Under the pieces are notes generated by a model. The model was not told the DNA's origin. It was given only the letters and a program-made list of their open reading frames with translations, and did not search any database. A stretch of 64,000 nucleotides of DNA from a virus, in the IMG/VR virus record IMGVR_UViG_3300036781_000179, positions 1 through 64,000 of that record; one strand, written 5' to 3'. Below are positions 1-9,005 of this stretch, piece by piece. The translations under genes and the position numbers were made by a program. Within the stretch, counting starts at the first letter, position 1. Every line of letters starts with the position of its first letter.

Positions 1-138
1 GAGCTTGCACCTGAATAGTCACCTGATGAGCTTGCACCTGACTTGTAACCTGATGAGCTTGCACCTGAATAGTCACCTGATGAGCTTGCACCTGAACAGT
101 CACCTGATGAGCTTGCACCTGAACAGTCACCTGATGAG
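1..138. repeat. 27-bp coding tandem repeat (~5 copies visible)
   Basis: Unit GAGCTTGCACCTGAATAGTCACCTGAT repeated with few substitutions; encodes the 9-aa repeat of the 1..503 gene. Confidence 0.95.
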
Positions 139-503
139 GTGGTTTCTTTACTCCATTTAACTTTATCAAATGTAAACTTAATGGCTGCTTTTACTAAGCC
201 TGAAAATGTTAATTCAGTATTGATATGTATTTCAGTACACGCTACTTTACTATCATCTGAATGTTTATCCAATTTACCACTACCATCAACAGTAGCAAAA
301 CGGGATGTAGCAGGAGCGTAATAACCTAATACATCTAATGGATATTCACAGTAATGAAACCCTGTTGAGCAAGCCACTGCTTTATCTGTTTTATAATCCT
401 TACCAATTTCGTATTGGTAGTTACGGCACTTTAAATCTTTGTCGAATCCTTTAAAGCCGGAAACAGTTTCAGTTTTTACAACTGGTTCTTTTTTTTTAGT
501 CAT
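1..503 (-). CDS. Phage protein with N-terminal 'GFKGFDKDLKCRNYQYEIGK...GFHYCEYPLDV' domain (DUF7666-like) and C-terminal 9-aa SSGDxSGAS repeats; truncated by the window edge
   Basis: Manual minus-strand translation from ATG at 503: MTKKKEPVVKTETVSGFKGFDKDLKCRNYQYEIGKDYKTDKAVACSTGFHYCEYPLDVLGYYAPATSRF...SSGDCSGASSSGDYSGAS. Not in the ORF track because it runs off the end. Confidence 0.85.
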   Translation of the reverse strand, partial: MTKKKEPVVKTETVSGFKGFDKDLKCRNYQYEIGKDYKTDKAVACSTGFHYCEYPLDVLGYYAPATSRFATVDGSGKLDKHSDDSKVACTEIHINTELTFSGLVKAAIKFTFDKVKWSKETTSSGDCSGASSSGDCSGASSSGDYSGASSSGYKSGASSSGDYSGAS

Positions 504-660
504 TTTTTGTCAAGTTTTATATTATGATTTTAATTATTCCTTTAACCAAATTTTACTGTTATAAATTGCTTTAACCTGTACCTGCCTGCATCTTGTGCAA
601 CGCCTTTTAACATGGTTTACTGACACAAAGTTATGACCGAACACAAAACATAAGAACCTT

Positions 661-867
661 TTAAACCCCTCCATACATCAATGCCTCCTTATATCTTGAT
701 AATAGTTGTCGTCTATGTTCTATCAGTCTGTAAATGATGGCTTGATACCTGTTAAAGGTGGCATGGTCAATACATTCTATAGCCATGTTACACATGCATT
801 CAGCCCTATGGATAATGGTGTTTGTTTGGCTATCCTTTGTTTGGTATTCGGTTAGTAAGTGGTTCAT
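661..867 (-). CDS. hypothetical protein
   Basis: 68-aa ORF packed in the minus-strand gene run. Confidence 0.55.
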   Translation of the reverse strand: MNHLLTEYQTKDSQTNTIIHRAECMCNMAIECIDHATFNRYQAIIYRLIEHRRQLLSRYKEALMYGGV

Positions 868-874
868 GGGTTAG

Positions 875-1489
875 TTAATTATTTGCTTCAAAAAATGCTT
901 TAGCGAATCCTTGAGAACACATTGATCTTAAATCGGCATCCGTTTTTATACTATCCTTAGCCCATTGAAATTCAGGTATCAAGTCAACTGCTGATTTATG
1001 TAAGTAAACCAGTCCCGGCTTTGATCTTCCCGGCCTTATATACAAATCTAATTTGGGAACAGATTGCCACATTTTATATTTATACTTAGGTATCTTAAAA
1101 TTACCCCATAATGCTGTTTTTTTAGTCCATGGGCTACCAAATTGCCAAGGTTGATAAACGTATTTAGGGTTACCTATTTGTTCTTTTAACCTGCCATTAT
1201 AAGGATTTTCTAATACCCAAAATACAGGATTTGCCTCTTTTATTATTCTCAAACAATGATTAACTAAAAACATTCCTTTTTCAATATCATTAGGCTTATC
1301 AAATCCAGCAGCGGTTGATAAATCGGTACATACAGGATTGGCTATTATACCATAAACATTCTTTGGCGGGTGGTAATTTTCAACGCCAATATCTTTGCCA
1401 ATCATTATAACTTCGTATTCATCTGATTGTTGGTAGAATAAGCTGTCACTGCCTAAATCAGCGCATAAATGAAGTATTAGTTTTTTCAC
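875..1489 (-). CDS. C5-cytosine DNA methyltransferase-like protein (short form)
   Basis: Degenerate motif I (LHLCADLGS), motif IV ANPVCT, motif VI WVLENP, and QPWQFG..KKTALWG. Confidence 0.75.
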   Translation of the reverse strand: MKKLILHLCADLGSDSLFYQQSDEYEVIMIGKDIGVENYHPPKNVYGIIANPVCTDLSTAAGFDKPNDIEKGMFLVNHCLRIIKEANPVFWVLENPYNGRLKEQIGNPKYVYQPWQFGSPWTKKTALWGNFKIPKYKYKMWQSVPKLDLYIRPGRSKPGLVYLHKSAVDLIPEFQWAKDSIKTDADLRSMCSQGFAKAFFEANN

Positions 1490-1492
1490 TTG

Positions 1493-1651
1493 TTACTTCC
1501 CTTTCTTTGCTTGCTCTGTAGCCAAGTGTTCAATGTATCCCTTTGAGGTCTTGTGACCCTTCTGTATTGCCTGTACACCTAATTCATCTAATACTGTTTG
1601 ATTAAGATGTATTAGTTTACCCTTCCTTTTTTCACTGTCGTTTTCTGCCAT
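1493..1651 (-). CDS. Ribbon-helix-helix type small DNA-binding protein
   Basis: RKGKLIHLNQTVLDELGVQAIQKGHKTSKGYIEHLATEQAK fits the beta-strand/helix/helix RHH pattern. ATG at 1651 lies downstream of the promoter; the ORF track gives the start as 1678. Confidence 0.6.
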   Translation of the reverse strand: MAENDSEKRKGKLIHLNQTVLDELGVQAIQKGHKTSKGYIEHLATEQAKKGK

Positions 1652-1675
1652 TTTCTTTTGTTTTAATTGATATAT

Positions 1676-1706
1676 CAAAGATATAAAGTATATCTCATAT
1701 ACACAA
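1676..1706 (-). promoter_or_regulatory. Bacteroidota sigma70-type promoter (TTG...TATCTTTG) with putative operator shared with 9006-9036
   Basis: Minus strand TTGTGTATATGAGATATACTTTATATCTTTG; 24/26 identical to 9006-9031. Confidence 0.7.
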
Positions 1707-1716
1707 GTGTTTTGTG

Positions 1717-2346
1717 TTATTTATTTAATGTTTTTAAAAATTGTTGTCCAATATATTTTGTGTACTGGGGTGGGATGCTTTGAGCCAATCCGTAACAATC
1801 CATCCAATGACATCCAGTAAAGTCTCTAACGATATTAACACCGGGAAAATGACCTACGTACTGTATAAATTCTCCTTCTTTAGGCATCCTACCCATTTTT
1901 GCGTTTTTTGCTACGTGCTTTAAATGTAATGGCTGTGGCAAGTTCCAATTAGTTTCAAACAGTCTATGCCTATAGGTAGGTAAATCAAACATTGCACCAC
2001 ATAACACTACTGGGTTTATTAACGGAGATTTAGGAACGTTTTCAAGGACATATGGCTTACCCACCTTTATTAGTGCTGCTCTCGTGGCCTGAACTAAATC
2101 GGGATATTCTTTTCCCATTAACCTAAACTGATACGAACTTTGCGAGTACTTTTGACATGGAGGGGATGCATGTATGAGATCATACTTATGCCCACAAGCC
2201 AATAGAAACTCAATAGCGTCATCCTGTACCACTTTACCCCAATGTCTTGGTTGTAGGTCAATATCTACACCCATCACATCAAATCCAGCCTGATAATATC
2301 CGTAACCGGCACCGCCTTGACAGCAAAATAAATCCAATACTCTCAT
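1717..2346 (-). CDS. C5-cytosine DNA methyltransferase-like protein
   Basis: VLDLFCCQGG (motif I), HASPPCQ (IV), YVLENV (VI), RHRLFE (VIII). Confidence 0.85.
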   Translation of the reverse strand: MRVLDLFCCQGGAGYGYYQAGFDVMGVDIDLQPRHWGKVVQDDAIEFLLACGHKYDLIHASPPCQKYSQSSYQFRLMGKEYPDLVQATRAALIKVGKPYVLENVPKSPLINPVVLCGAMFDLPTYRHRLFETNWNLPQPLHLKHVAKNAKMGRMPKEGEFIQYVGHFPGVNIVRDFTGCHWMDCYGLAQSIPPQYTKYIGQQFLKTLNK

Positions 2347-2549
2347 AATTCACTACATTTATCTAAAATTTCACAATTAAAAAGTTTCTGCCATTTAACA
2401 GCAGTATCACTGATATGAAACATGTTACCCCGTTGTTTCTTTACCATATACCAAAACTTGTATTTCCATATATGGAGTTGTATAAATAGGGTGCAACTGT
2501 ACTCATTTATATATTTTGAGTTGTTTACTGTTATTTGGTAAGTTTTCAT
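2343..2549 (-). CDS. hypothetical protein
   Basis: Overlapping start/stop coupling with neighbours. Confidence 0.6.
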   Translation of the reverse strand: MKTYQITVNNSKYINEYSCTLFIQLHIWKYKFWYMVKKQRGNMFHISDTAVKWQKLFNCEILDKCSEL

Positions 2550-2746
2550 TAGTGAAAGGAATCTAATTGATTAATTCGGTTTCTTAAATAATCCACTTCG
2601 CCTGATAATTGGTTTAATTTGCTTATGAGTAGTCTTACAATATCTGTTAATCCGTCATCTCTTAGGCTATTGTTTTCTTCTTCTGAAAGCCATTTTAATG
2701 ACTCTTTTGCGTCATTTGAGGCTGGCTGTGGTGTAATCTTTTCCAT
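2549..2746 (-). CDS. hypothetical protein (coiled-coil C-terminus)
   Basis: Translationally coupled ORF. Confidence 0.65.
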   Translation of the reverse strand: MEKITPQPASNDAKESLKWLSEEENNSLRDDGLTDIVRLLISKLNQLSGEVDYLRNRINQLDSFH

Positions 2747-3018
2747 TATTTATTTCTGTTTTTAAATCGGTTTATAAAACTGTTAGGGTCAGCAAGTAAT
2801 TCCTGTTTCCTTTTTTCAAGTTCTGCCTTACGTTCATCTTCTGTTACATACTGGTCACAAAAACTATCAGAACTAAATGTTGTATGCCACACCCCGCACA
2901 CTATTGATTTATCAAACTGCATAGCGTAACCACAGGTCTTACAAGTACGCCAACCATTGAACTTAAAAAACATTTGTGCCTGTTTTTCTTGTAATTCAAA
3001 ATCTTCATCGTCGCTCAT
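2746..3018 (-). CDS. hypothetical Cys-rich (CxxC...C...C) protein
   Basis: TCKTC..VCG..FCD; coupled ORF. Confidence 0.65.
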   Translation of the reverse strand: MSDDEDFELQEKQAQMFFKFNGWRTCKTCGYAMQFDKSIVCGVWHTTFSSDSFCDQYVTEDERKAELEKRKQELLADPNSFINRFKNRNK

Positions 3019-3039
3019 ATTTCTTTTTGTTTAGTGTGT

Positions 3040-3288
3040 TTATAAATTGGTTTTGTTTTTTCGTTGTTGCTTTCTTCGCTCTTTTCGCGATATTGGAGCT
3101 ATAAAATCCATTTTAAATTCTTTTGGATGCATTATCATCATTGGTTCAATAGGCTTAGGTTGTGCCAACGCCGAAGCATCTTTTGGACTTATTATTTCAA
3201 TCTCAAAACCATTTTTAATAGCTGCGCAAATAGCTTCTGCCAATGATTCATTATTCTTATCGCCAACAATTATTATTTTAGCGTCCAT
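3040..3288 (-). CDS. hypothetical protein with basic C-terminus
   Basis: Ends SRKERRKQQRK, a typical phage small-protein tail. Confidence 0.65.
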   Translation of the reverse strand: MDAKIIIVGDKNNESLAEAICAAIKNGFEIEIISPKDASALAQPKPIEPMMIMHPKEFKMDFIAPISRKERRKQQRKNKTNL

Positions 3289-3315
3289 GTCCTTATTGCT
3301 TTAGTGTATTGCCCT

Positions 3316-3681
3316 TTAAATGGTGTTTTTATCAATTGCTAATCCTTTTTCTATTAAGCCGAATACATCATAGTGCCGTTCAATCAAATAAATCATTGTT
3401 TTGTAACTACAATATCCCTCTTTTATTCCTTTTCTTAAATCTATAAATAAATAGTATTCACTGAAATCTAAATCTTCCATTGTTAGTTCTGAAAGTGGTA
3501 TTAGTAATAATGGCATACCACTATCAATAACGCGTTGCACATTTTCAAACGTTACCTCATCTTGACCCCATTCTTCATGATCCGGCTGTGGGTTTTCACC
3601 CCCTGTGTAAATTAAGTAAGGTCTGTAAAATATTAATCCATACAGTAAATAAGGTGCGATTTGTTTTAATTCTAATTTCAT
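3316..3681 (-). CDS. hypothetical protein of a common Bacteroidota phage family
   Basis: LAPYL-like N-terminus (IAPYL), LLIPLSEL, C-terminal HYDVFGLIEKGLAIDKN. Confidence 0.75.
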   Translation of the reverse strand: MKLELKQIAPYLLYGLIFYRPYLIYTGGENPQPDHEEWGQDEVTFENVQRVIDSGMPLLLIPLSELTMEDLDFSEYYLFIDLRKGIKEGYCSYKTMIYLIERHYDVFGLIEKGLAIDKNTI

Positions 3682-3823
3682 AATGTTTTAGTTTATGTAT
3701 TGCCCTTGTAACTTGTTCTTTATTTGTTGGTGCATGGGTTTTATTTTAGGGTGTTAACTTCCATTTGTTGTAATTTACAGTACATACATTAGGGATAATT
3801 AGTAATACGTGGATATAAATTCT

Positions 3824-4624
3824 TTAAAAGTAAGTTCCAAACAATTCACTCCCTGACCAACTTTTACCACTTAACAACCGTTCCGCAATTGTCTTAACTG
3901 ATTTGGGTTGATAAAAGGGTTTAAACTTCGGTTGTGATGCATTTGTAAACAGGTACTTTTCTGTTAAATGGTTGTAGCTGGCATTAGGCTTTTTAATAGA
4001 CTTGAAATAATTATAATCCGTTTCGCTGATCTGCACGACATTTTTAATCATCGTTAAACCATAGTCCTGTAGACTATGAAGTAAATCATTGGCGTAAGAA
4101 TAAGATTTAAAGCCTAAAATTTCGGCTGCTTTCCGGCATGACAAGGTAATATTATGATTAACCACCACTTTAGAGCTCCCTATGTGTGCAATTGGTGATT
4201 CCTTATAACTAATAGCTTGTTTTTGTGAATTCGCATTATATTTAAGAACAGAAATGTAAATAAACTGCTTAATATCTTTTATTTTAATCGTGTCGTATTT
4301 GGCACAACTGTTAATCTTACCTATTTTACGCTCCTGTTTATGAGAAACTAATCTAAGGTGTTTACCCTCCTGAACGCAATAGCCTAATTGTAAGGCAAGA
4401 TTTAACTGTTTCCTATACGAACTGTCACTTAATCCAATAAGTAAGCGGAGCGGGGTTAAATTAGCCCTGTAATTAAATATAATCGGGTGTTTAACTATGG
4501 ATGATAACAATTTAGCGAAAGCGTAAGCAATAACATGGTCTTTGCCTAATTTGGCTACCCTTGCGCTTGCTTTACTTGATATGGAAATTGTTTCGTTCAT
4601 CAGTCCAATAAGCATTAAACTCAT
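3824..4624 (-). CDS. Putative DNA-binding protein with helix-turn-helix-like segments
   Basis: LIGLSDSSYRKQLNLALQLGY and LSCRKAAEILGFKS resemble HTH motifs. The likely start is Met at 4624; the ORF-track extension to 4798 spans a promoter and hairpin. Confidence 0.6.
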   Translation of the reverse strand: MSLMLIGLMNETISISSKASARVAKLGKDHVIAYAFAKLLSSIVKHPIIFNYRANLTPLRLLIGLSDSSYRKQLNLALQLGYCVQEGKHLRLVSHKQERKIGKINSCAKYDTIKIKDIKQFIYISVLKYNANSQKQAISYKESPIAHIGSSKVVVNHNITLSCRKAAEILGFKSYSYANDLLHSLQDYGLTMIKNVVQISETDYNYFKSIKKPNASYNHLTEKYLFTNASQPKFKPFYQPKSVKTIAERLLSGKSWSGSELFGTYF

Positions 4625-4687
4625 TGGCTGCACTTGCTTAAGGTTGCGACTTTTGAGTTCACAATAATACGAAAAATATTTGTAAAT

Positions 4688-4723
4688 AAAAAAAGCCCCG
4701 GATTTTGAGTTACCAGAGCCTTT
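4688..4723 (-). terminator. Intrinsic terminator-like hairpin upstream of the 3824-4624 gene
   Basis: Minus strand AAAGGCTCTGG-TAACTCAAAAT-CCGGGGCTTTTTTT. Confidence 0.6.
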
Positions 4724-4785
4724 AATATTGTTTAGAACAACCTTAAGCGCTGTAAAGATAACTACAATTGTGCCAAAATTCCAAA

Positions 4786-4980
4786 TTATGCGTACCATTT
4801 CTCTATTTTATCATATAATTCAATTAGAATATTAACTTGATTCAGGGTAAAACCATTGCCTTTAGCTATATCAAAACACAACATTTTAAGTATAGAATCA
4901 GCCGAAATATGGTTACCTTCAACATCACCGTCATTATTCAAGCCCTCGAAATTTTCTTTATACCATTCAAAAGTTTTCAT
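4786..4980 (-). CDS. hypothetical protein
   Basis: 64-aa ORF in the minus-strand run. Confidence 0.6.
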   Translation of the reverse strand: MKTFEWYKENFEGLNNDGDVEGNHISADSILKMLCFDIAKGNGFTLNQVNILIELYDKIEKWYA

Positions 4981-5154
4981 AATGATTAATATTTATCGTA
5001 ATAGTAATATTGCCCTGAATGCCCCCAAGTTAAAACGGCTGCCATAAGGATAGTAAATAGTATTAAACAAACAACCAATTGATCTTGTTCATTGGCATAC
5101 CCCGCTAACACTCTTTTGAAAGCATGGGGGATTAGAGTTAGTTTTTTCATTGTT

Positions 5155-5409
5155 TTAAAGTTTGAATATCTCTAAATCTGTTTTATCTTGCTCCAATTTA
5201 TTTTTTATAGAGTTATACAGTCGTTTATATGGTTCTGAATATCCCTGAATAGTTGAACTACTTGCATCATATGGCAATTGTCTTCCTATTTTTATATCTG
5301 GTTTGTCAATTATTTTGACATTTAACCAAATCTCCCGGCTTCTGTCAATTAATTCAATATCCCAAATATCTTTTGTTTCTACTAAATTACCCTCGATTAT
5401 TATTTTCAT
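5155..5409 (-). CDS. hypothetical protein
   Basis: 84-aa ORF with A-rich upstream region. Confidence 0.65.
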   Translation of the reverse strand: MKIIIEGNLVETKDIWDIELIDRSREIWLNVKIIDKPDIKIGRQLPYDASSSTIQGYSEPYKRLYNSIKNKLEQDKTDLEIFKL

Positions 5410-5484
5410 GTTATAAGTTATTTATCTTTGATTTAAGGCGGTTTACAGCCTGTGTAATTAATTATTAATTGTTTTGTGATGTGG

Positions 5485-5787
5485 TTAAACAATTCTTACA
5501 AGTTGACCTAAATCATTATAGGCGTTATATTCTTCTTCAGAAATATTATACCAGTATCCTAATGATTCGTGTTTGGTCTGATAAATACTTTCTCCCTTGT
5601 TAATAATTTGGTCAATAACATCAACTTTGATATATCCGTTATTATCAGCCATTTCTTTTAACTTTTTAATTAGTTTAAATTCCCAACTTTCATGTATGCC
5701 ATTTGCTGATATGGCATCAATTAGAAATTCATCATTAAAAGAATCTTCTCCGTATGATGATTCAAAAAGTTCTTTAAATGTTTTCAT
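5485..5787 (-). CDS. hypothetical protein
   Basis: 100-aa ORF coupled to the upstream gene. Confidence 0.65.
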   Translation of the reverse strand: MKTFKELFESSYGEDSFNDEFLIDAISANGIHESWEFKLIKKLKEMADNNGYIKVDVIDQIINKGESIYQTKHESLGYWYNISEEEYNAYNDLGQLVRIV

Positions 5788-6017
5788 GCTGTTATTGTTA
5801 AATTTATCTTACCTAATAATTCTTTGTACACCTCTAAATAGTTTAATCCAGATTCTTTGCAAAGTTTTTCAAACTTATTTGCAGCTAACCTGTCTCTGCG
5901 TTTCCAGCTCTGATGCTCTTTAGAAGTTTCGCTCTGTGGTTCTTCCAAAGATAGATTAGACCACTTATTATAAGCTTTTACTATTTCTTTTGAATACTTT
6001 TCCATCTTTTTAATCAA
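5784..6017 (-). CDS. hypothetical protein
   Basis: 77-aa coupled ORF. Confidence 0.6.
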   Translation of the reverse strand: MIKKMEKYSKEIVKAYNKWSNLSLEEPQSETSKEHQSWKRRDRLAANKFEKLCKESGLNYLEVYKELLGKINLTITA

Positions 6018-6217
6018 TTATAAAGTATGTTTAACTGTTCTGTTACTTCCTGTAATAGGGGTTCAAAGTGTTGAGGGGTGTAAGTACCTGATAACTGGTT
6101 AAAGATTATCTTTGTTCTTAACTTGATAGCCAAGTTCATAAAGTGATACAAGGGCATAGCCCCTTCAGGTTGGATTAATATAAATTGCTGTTTCATGTTA
6201 GTGGTTTTATGTCTCAA
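6014..6217 (-). CDS. hypothetical protein
   Basis: 67-aa ORF. Confidence 0.5.
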   Translation of the reverse strand: MRHKTTNMKQQFILIQPEGAMPLYHFMNLAIKLRTKIIFNQLSGTYTPQHFEPLLQEVTEQLNILYN

Positions 6218-6301
6218 TTTGCCGTATCCCGGTAATTTAACTTGTTTCCTAACTTTATGGTAATTATTTTACCGCCAATTGTTTTTATAGATTTTATCAT
6301 T

Positions 6302-6517
6302 TTATTTGGCTCTAAAAACAGTGTAATAAATTGAACCGTGTTCTTCTTTGATTCTAAGTTTATACCCATTAGGTAAATCAAAGTCAGAGGTGTTATAAGC
6401 CTGTTGAATGAACGAATCTATTTCGCCCATATCTTTTAGGTCAGAATAATTTTCGTTTATTACAGAGGCTATAAATGGCTTGTATTGGCTTTCTGTTGTT
6501 GCTATTAATGCGCTCAT
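6302..6517 (-). CDS. hypothetical protein
   Basis: 71-aa ORF. Confidence 0.6.
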   Translation of the reverse strand: MSALIATTESQYKPFIASVINENYSDLKDMGEIDSFIQQAYNTSDFDLPNGYKLRIKEEHGSIYYTVFRAK

Positions 6518-6691
6518 GGTTTTTAAAGTTTAAAAGGTTAATAAAATGGCGTTAAATACACCACATAATAATACTTACAATAGCTAAAACTGCACCTATG
6601 CATATGATAGCGTTTATTGGGGTGAAAATTTCTATTGATTCTGTTTTCATAATTTCTAATTTTTATTTTGTGTTGCGCTGATAGGGGTTGG

Positions 6692-6937
6692 TTATCCGTG
6701 TATAAAGTCAGCAATATAGTATGGCCATCCACCTTTTGTACCCGCTGTGCAATTAAGCATGTTATAGTTCTTATCGTTTACAGTTGTTTTTAGAGGTCTT
6801 TTATATTCTCCAAATGAAATATTAATAGTGTAAACAACTTCTCCATTTTTATCTAAAACGTCGACCATATCACCTTCTTTAAAATCGACCGCTTTTAAAT
6901 TTTTTAATTCTTTCCTTGATACTGTTATAAGCGACAT
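6692..6937 (-). CDS. hypothetical protein
   Basis: 81-aa ORF. Confidence 0.6.
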   Translation of the reverse strand: MSLITVSRKELKNLKAVDFKEGDMVDVLDKNGEVVYTINISFGEYKRPLKTTVNDKNYNMLNCTAGTKGGWPYYIADFIHG

Positions 6938-6967
6938 GATAATTTGATAATTGTTATTAATGATTAA

Positions 6968-7156
6968 TTAAACTGTTTTATTTTTTTCATTAAAGAACTT
7001 TTCTGCTAAATACACGCAATCCGCTATGGATTGTATTTCGTTTTTACCTGATATAGCATAAAGCCTAAACTGCATTCCTATTTTATTAAACAATGGCATT
7101 AGATGATCAGGTACATCTATATCGCCATTATTGTCTGCTACGTTCCAGTTTTCCAT
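6968..7156 (-). CDS. hypothetical protein
   Basis: 62-aa ORF. Confidence 0.6.
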   Translation of the reverse strand: MENWNVADNNGDIDVPDHLMPLFNKIGMQFRLYAISGKNEIQSIADCVYLAEKFFNEKNKTV

Positions 7157-7158
7157 AA

Positions 7159-7365
7159 TTAAAATAATCTTTTATCTTTTATTAAATAATGTTTAGTTTG
7201 TTTACCATGGTGCGACCAAACAACCCACATATCCATATTTTCATCGTAAAAAGCATCAGTATTGAATACATTATTTTTAGGTAATTCATTACGTTTATTT
7301 GCTTTGAAGCCTGAATGATCAATACCATCAAAACCCTTTACTGTAATATATTCGCCTGTTTTCAT
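7159..7365 (-). CDS. hypothetical protein
   Basis: 68-aa ORF. Confidence 0.6.
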   Translation of the reverse strand: MKTGEYITVKGFDGIDHSGFKANKRNELPKNNVFNTDAFYDENMDMWVVWSHHGKQTKHYLIKDKRLF

Positions 7366-7388
7366 GTTTTTAATTGTTATTGTGTTGA

Positions 7389-7721
7389 TTAATAAGACTG
7401 TTTTTCAAATGAAGTCATTGAGGGTAATTGTAAAACATTGTTCACTACCTTAATTGACTTTTGCAACTGTGATAATTGTTCCTTTGTAATGTTGTGATCA
7501 AAGATTAATGATTTAACAAGTGTTTCAGCCTGTAATACTAAGGTTTTTGCATCCCGGCTATACCTATGTGTATTGTTTACTTCGCAGGCTTTGCGTATTA
7601 TCCTATCAACCTGTTTTTGTCCTAATGCTGACAGTTGTCTGTTTGCTCTGTTATTAATCAATGGTGATTCTAATGTTTTCATGATCTTAATTATAGTAAT
7701 AGCCTTGATAAGCATTCCCAA
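7389..7721 (-). CDS. hypothetical protein
   Basis: 110-aa ORF; the true start may be the internal MKTLES. Confidence 0.55.
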   Translation of the reverse strand: MGMLIKAITIIKIMKTLESPLINNRANRQLSALGQKQVDRIIRKACEVNNTHRYSRDAKTLVLQAETLVKSLIFDHNITKEQLSQLQKSIKVVNNVLQLPSMTSFEKQSY

Positions 7722-7854
7722 ACAGGGCTACAAATAAGACCAATACAGCCATCCAAACTAAAATGATGGTAACTTGGTCACTATTGGTTAAATCTCCGTT
7801 CCTGAGCCTTGTAATGAAGCCTGAGGTGTGTTTAATGATGGTTTGCATAATATT

Positions 7855-8136
7855 TTAGTTTAAATTGGTTAAAATGTATTTACCTGATTTAATCCCGGCC
7901 TCAATACCTTTAGTATCATCATTTAAGAATAAATTGCGATATTTGGATGTGGTTACAGAGTAGTTGTAATACTTTTCATCTAACTTAATTGGCGAACTAT
8001 CATTAGGCATCAAAGCTATTACACTGCTATAGCTCTGAAATATCCTACCATCAGGAGTATTGATGATAAATTGGTTCTTTACTTCATTACCTGAATGACC
8101 GATAATGTTTGATACTTTCACGTTTAATGTTTTCAT
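7855..8136 (-). CDS. hypothetical early phage protein (FQSY...YSxTTSKY family)
   Basis: NQFII..FQSYSSVIA...YNYSVTTSKYRN, a motif recurrent in phage early genes. Confidence 0.75.
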   Translation of the reverse strand: MKTLNVKVSNIIGHSGNEVKNQFIINTPDGRIFQSYSSVIALMPNDSSPIKLDEKYYNYSVTTSKYRNLFLNDDTKGIEAGIKSGKYILTNLN

Positions 8137-8195
8137 TTTGTTTGTGATTAAATTGTTTTTAAAAGTTATTAATAGGGTTATATAGTGGGTAATGG

Positions 8196-8405
8196 TTAAT
8201 TAACTCTTGATTTTATTATTATTTTCCAATCCTTTAATTCACCAATTATACGTTTTGACATTGGTGAATGAATATTATCTGATAATGAATATATATAAAA
8301 CTTATGTGTCTCTAACCCTGAGTACATAATGTTTAAACCAAATCTGTTTAAAATTTCAGATATTTTATTGTGGTGTTTAATCCTTATCTTTAATTCTATT
8401 TTCAT
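8196..8405 (-). CDS. hypothetical protein
   Basis: 69-aa ORF. Confidence 0.55.
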   Translation of the reverse strand: MKIELKIRIKHHNKISEILNRFGLNIMYSGLETHKFYIYSLSDNIHSPMSKRIIGELKDWKIIIKSRVN

Positions 8406-8450
8406 TATTACACTATTTAAATTGTTATCTGTTTATGTTGGTTAGTATTG

Positions 8451-8622
8451 TGGCATGGGGAAGGATTTGAACCTTCGGGCATCCTGCGTTGTACACCACA
8501 TTCAACTGCCTACCTTTCATACTCATTAAACCTACTAAGTTTCAGGCTTGCAAACCATCAACCGTTATTGTTTAGCTTTCTTACTCTCAGTTGCTTCCCG
8601 TAAACGGCGCAACATCCCAGCC
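8451..8622 (-). ncRNA. Candidate ~172-nt structured ncRNA with a tRNA-like acceptor stem and T-arm
   Basis: Minus strand 5'-GGCTGGG...GAAGG-TTCAAAT-CCTTC-CCCATGCCA-3'; fills an intergenic gap; internal hairpin GTTGC..CCG-TTTA-CGG..GCAAC. Confidence 0.5.
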
Positions 8623-8631
8623 GTAGTTTAG

Positions 8632-8964
8632 TTAAAATTCGTACATCCACGCATCATGAGCCTCACAATTAGCTATATGCTCATATTCTTTCATTTCATC
8701 TAAATGCCATTGCCATTGTTGATCAGTGTAAGTAAACGGTCTAATCCCTTTTTCGCACATTAAATATTCATAGTTTTCGCGTCTTTGCTCAGTGGTGTTG
8801 TAAATAAACTTCCTGCTACCGGCAATGCTAACAAGAGGGTTTTCACCCTTGTGTGTAATTCTGTCGTTTATATCAAACCTTGACGTATAAGCAACGTAAC
8901 GCTCATTTACAGCATCAAAATAGCATACTTGATACATCAGGTGGTTAGATTTAAATAGTTTCAT
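8632..8964 (-). CDS. hypothetical protein, first gene of the leftward early operon
   Basis: 110-aa ORF directly downstream of the promoter at 9006-9036. Confidence 0.7.
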   Translation of the reverse strand: MKLFKSNHLMYQVCYFDAVNERYVAYTSRFDINDRITHKGENPLVSIAGSRKFIYNTTEQRRENYEYLMCEKGIRPFTYTDQQWQWHLDEMKEYEHIANCEAHDAWMYEF

Positions 8965-9005
8965 GACAGTGAGGTTTAAATAATAACTACATTGTTATTA
9001 CACCA

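Noticed and set aside
1-138. Possible CRISPR array
   Set aside because: Contiguous 27-bp units with no unique spacers, in frame within a protein gene.
139-321. Plus-strand 60-aa ORF in the track
   Set aside because: Shadow of the real minus-strand gene 1-503.
4625-4798. N-terminal extension of the 324-aa ORF
   Set aside because: Spans a promoter-like box and a terminator hairpin; the internal Met at 4624 is the more plausible start.
8451-8622. Canonical tRNA or tmRNA
   Set aside because: No D-arm/anticodon arm at tRNA spacing, and too short with no evident tag ORF for tmRNA; kept only as a tRNA-like ncRNA candidate.
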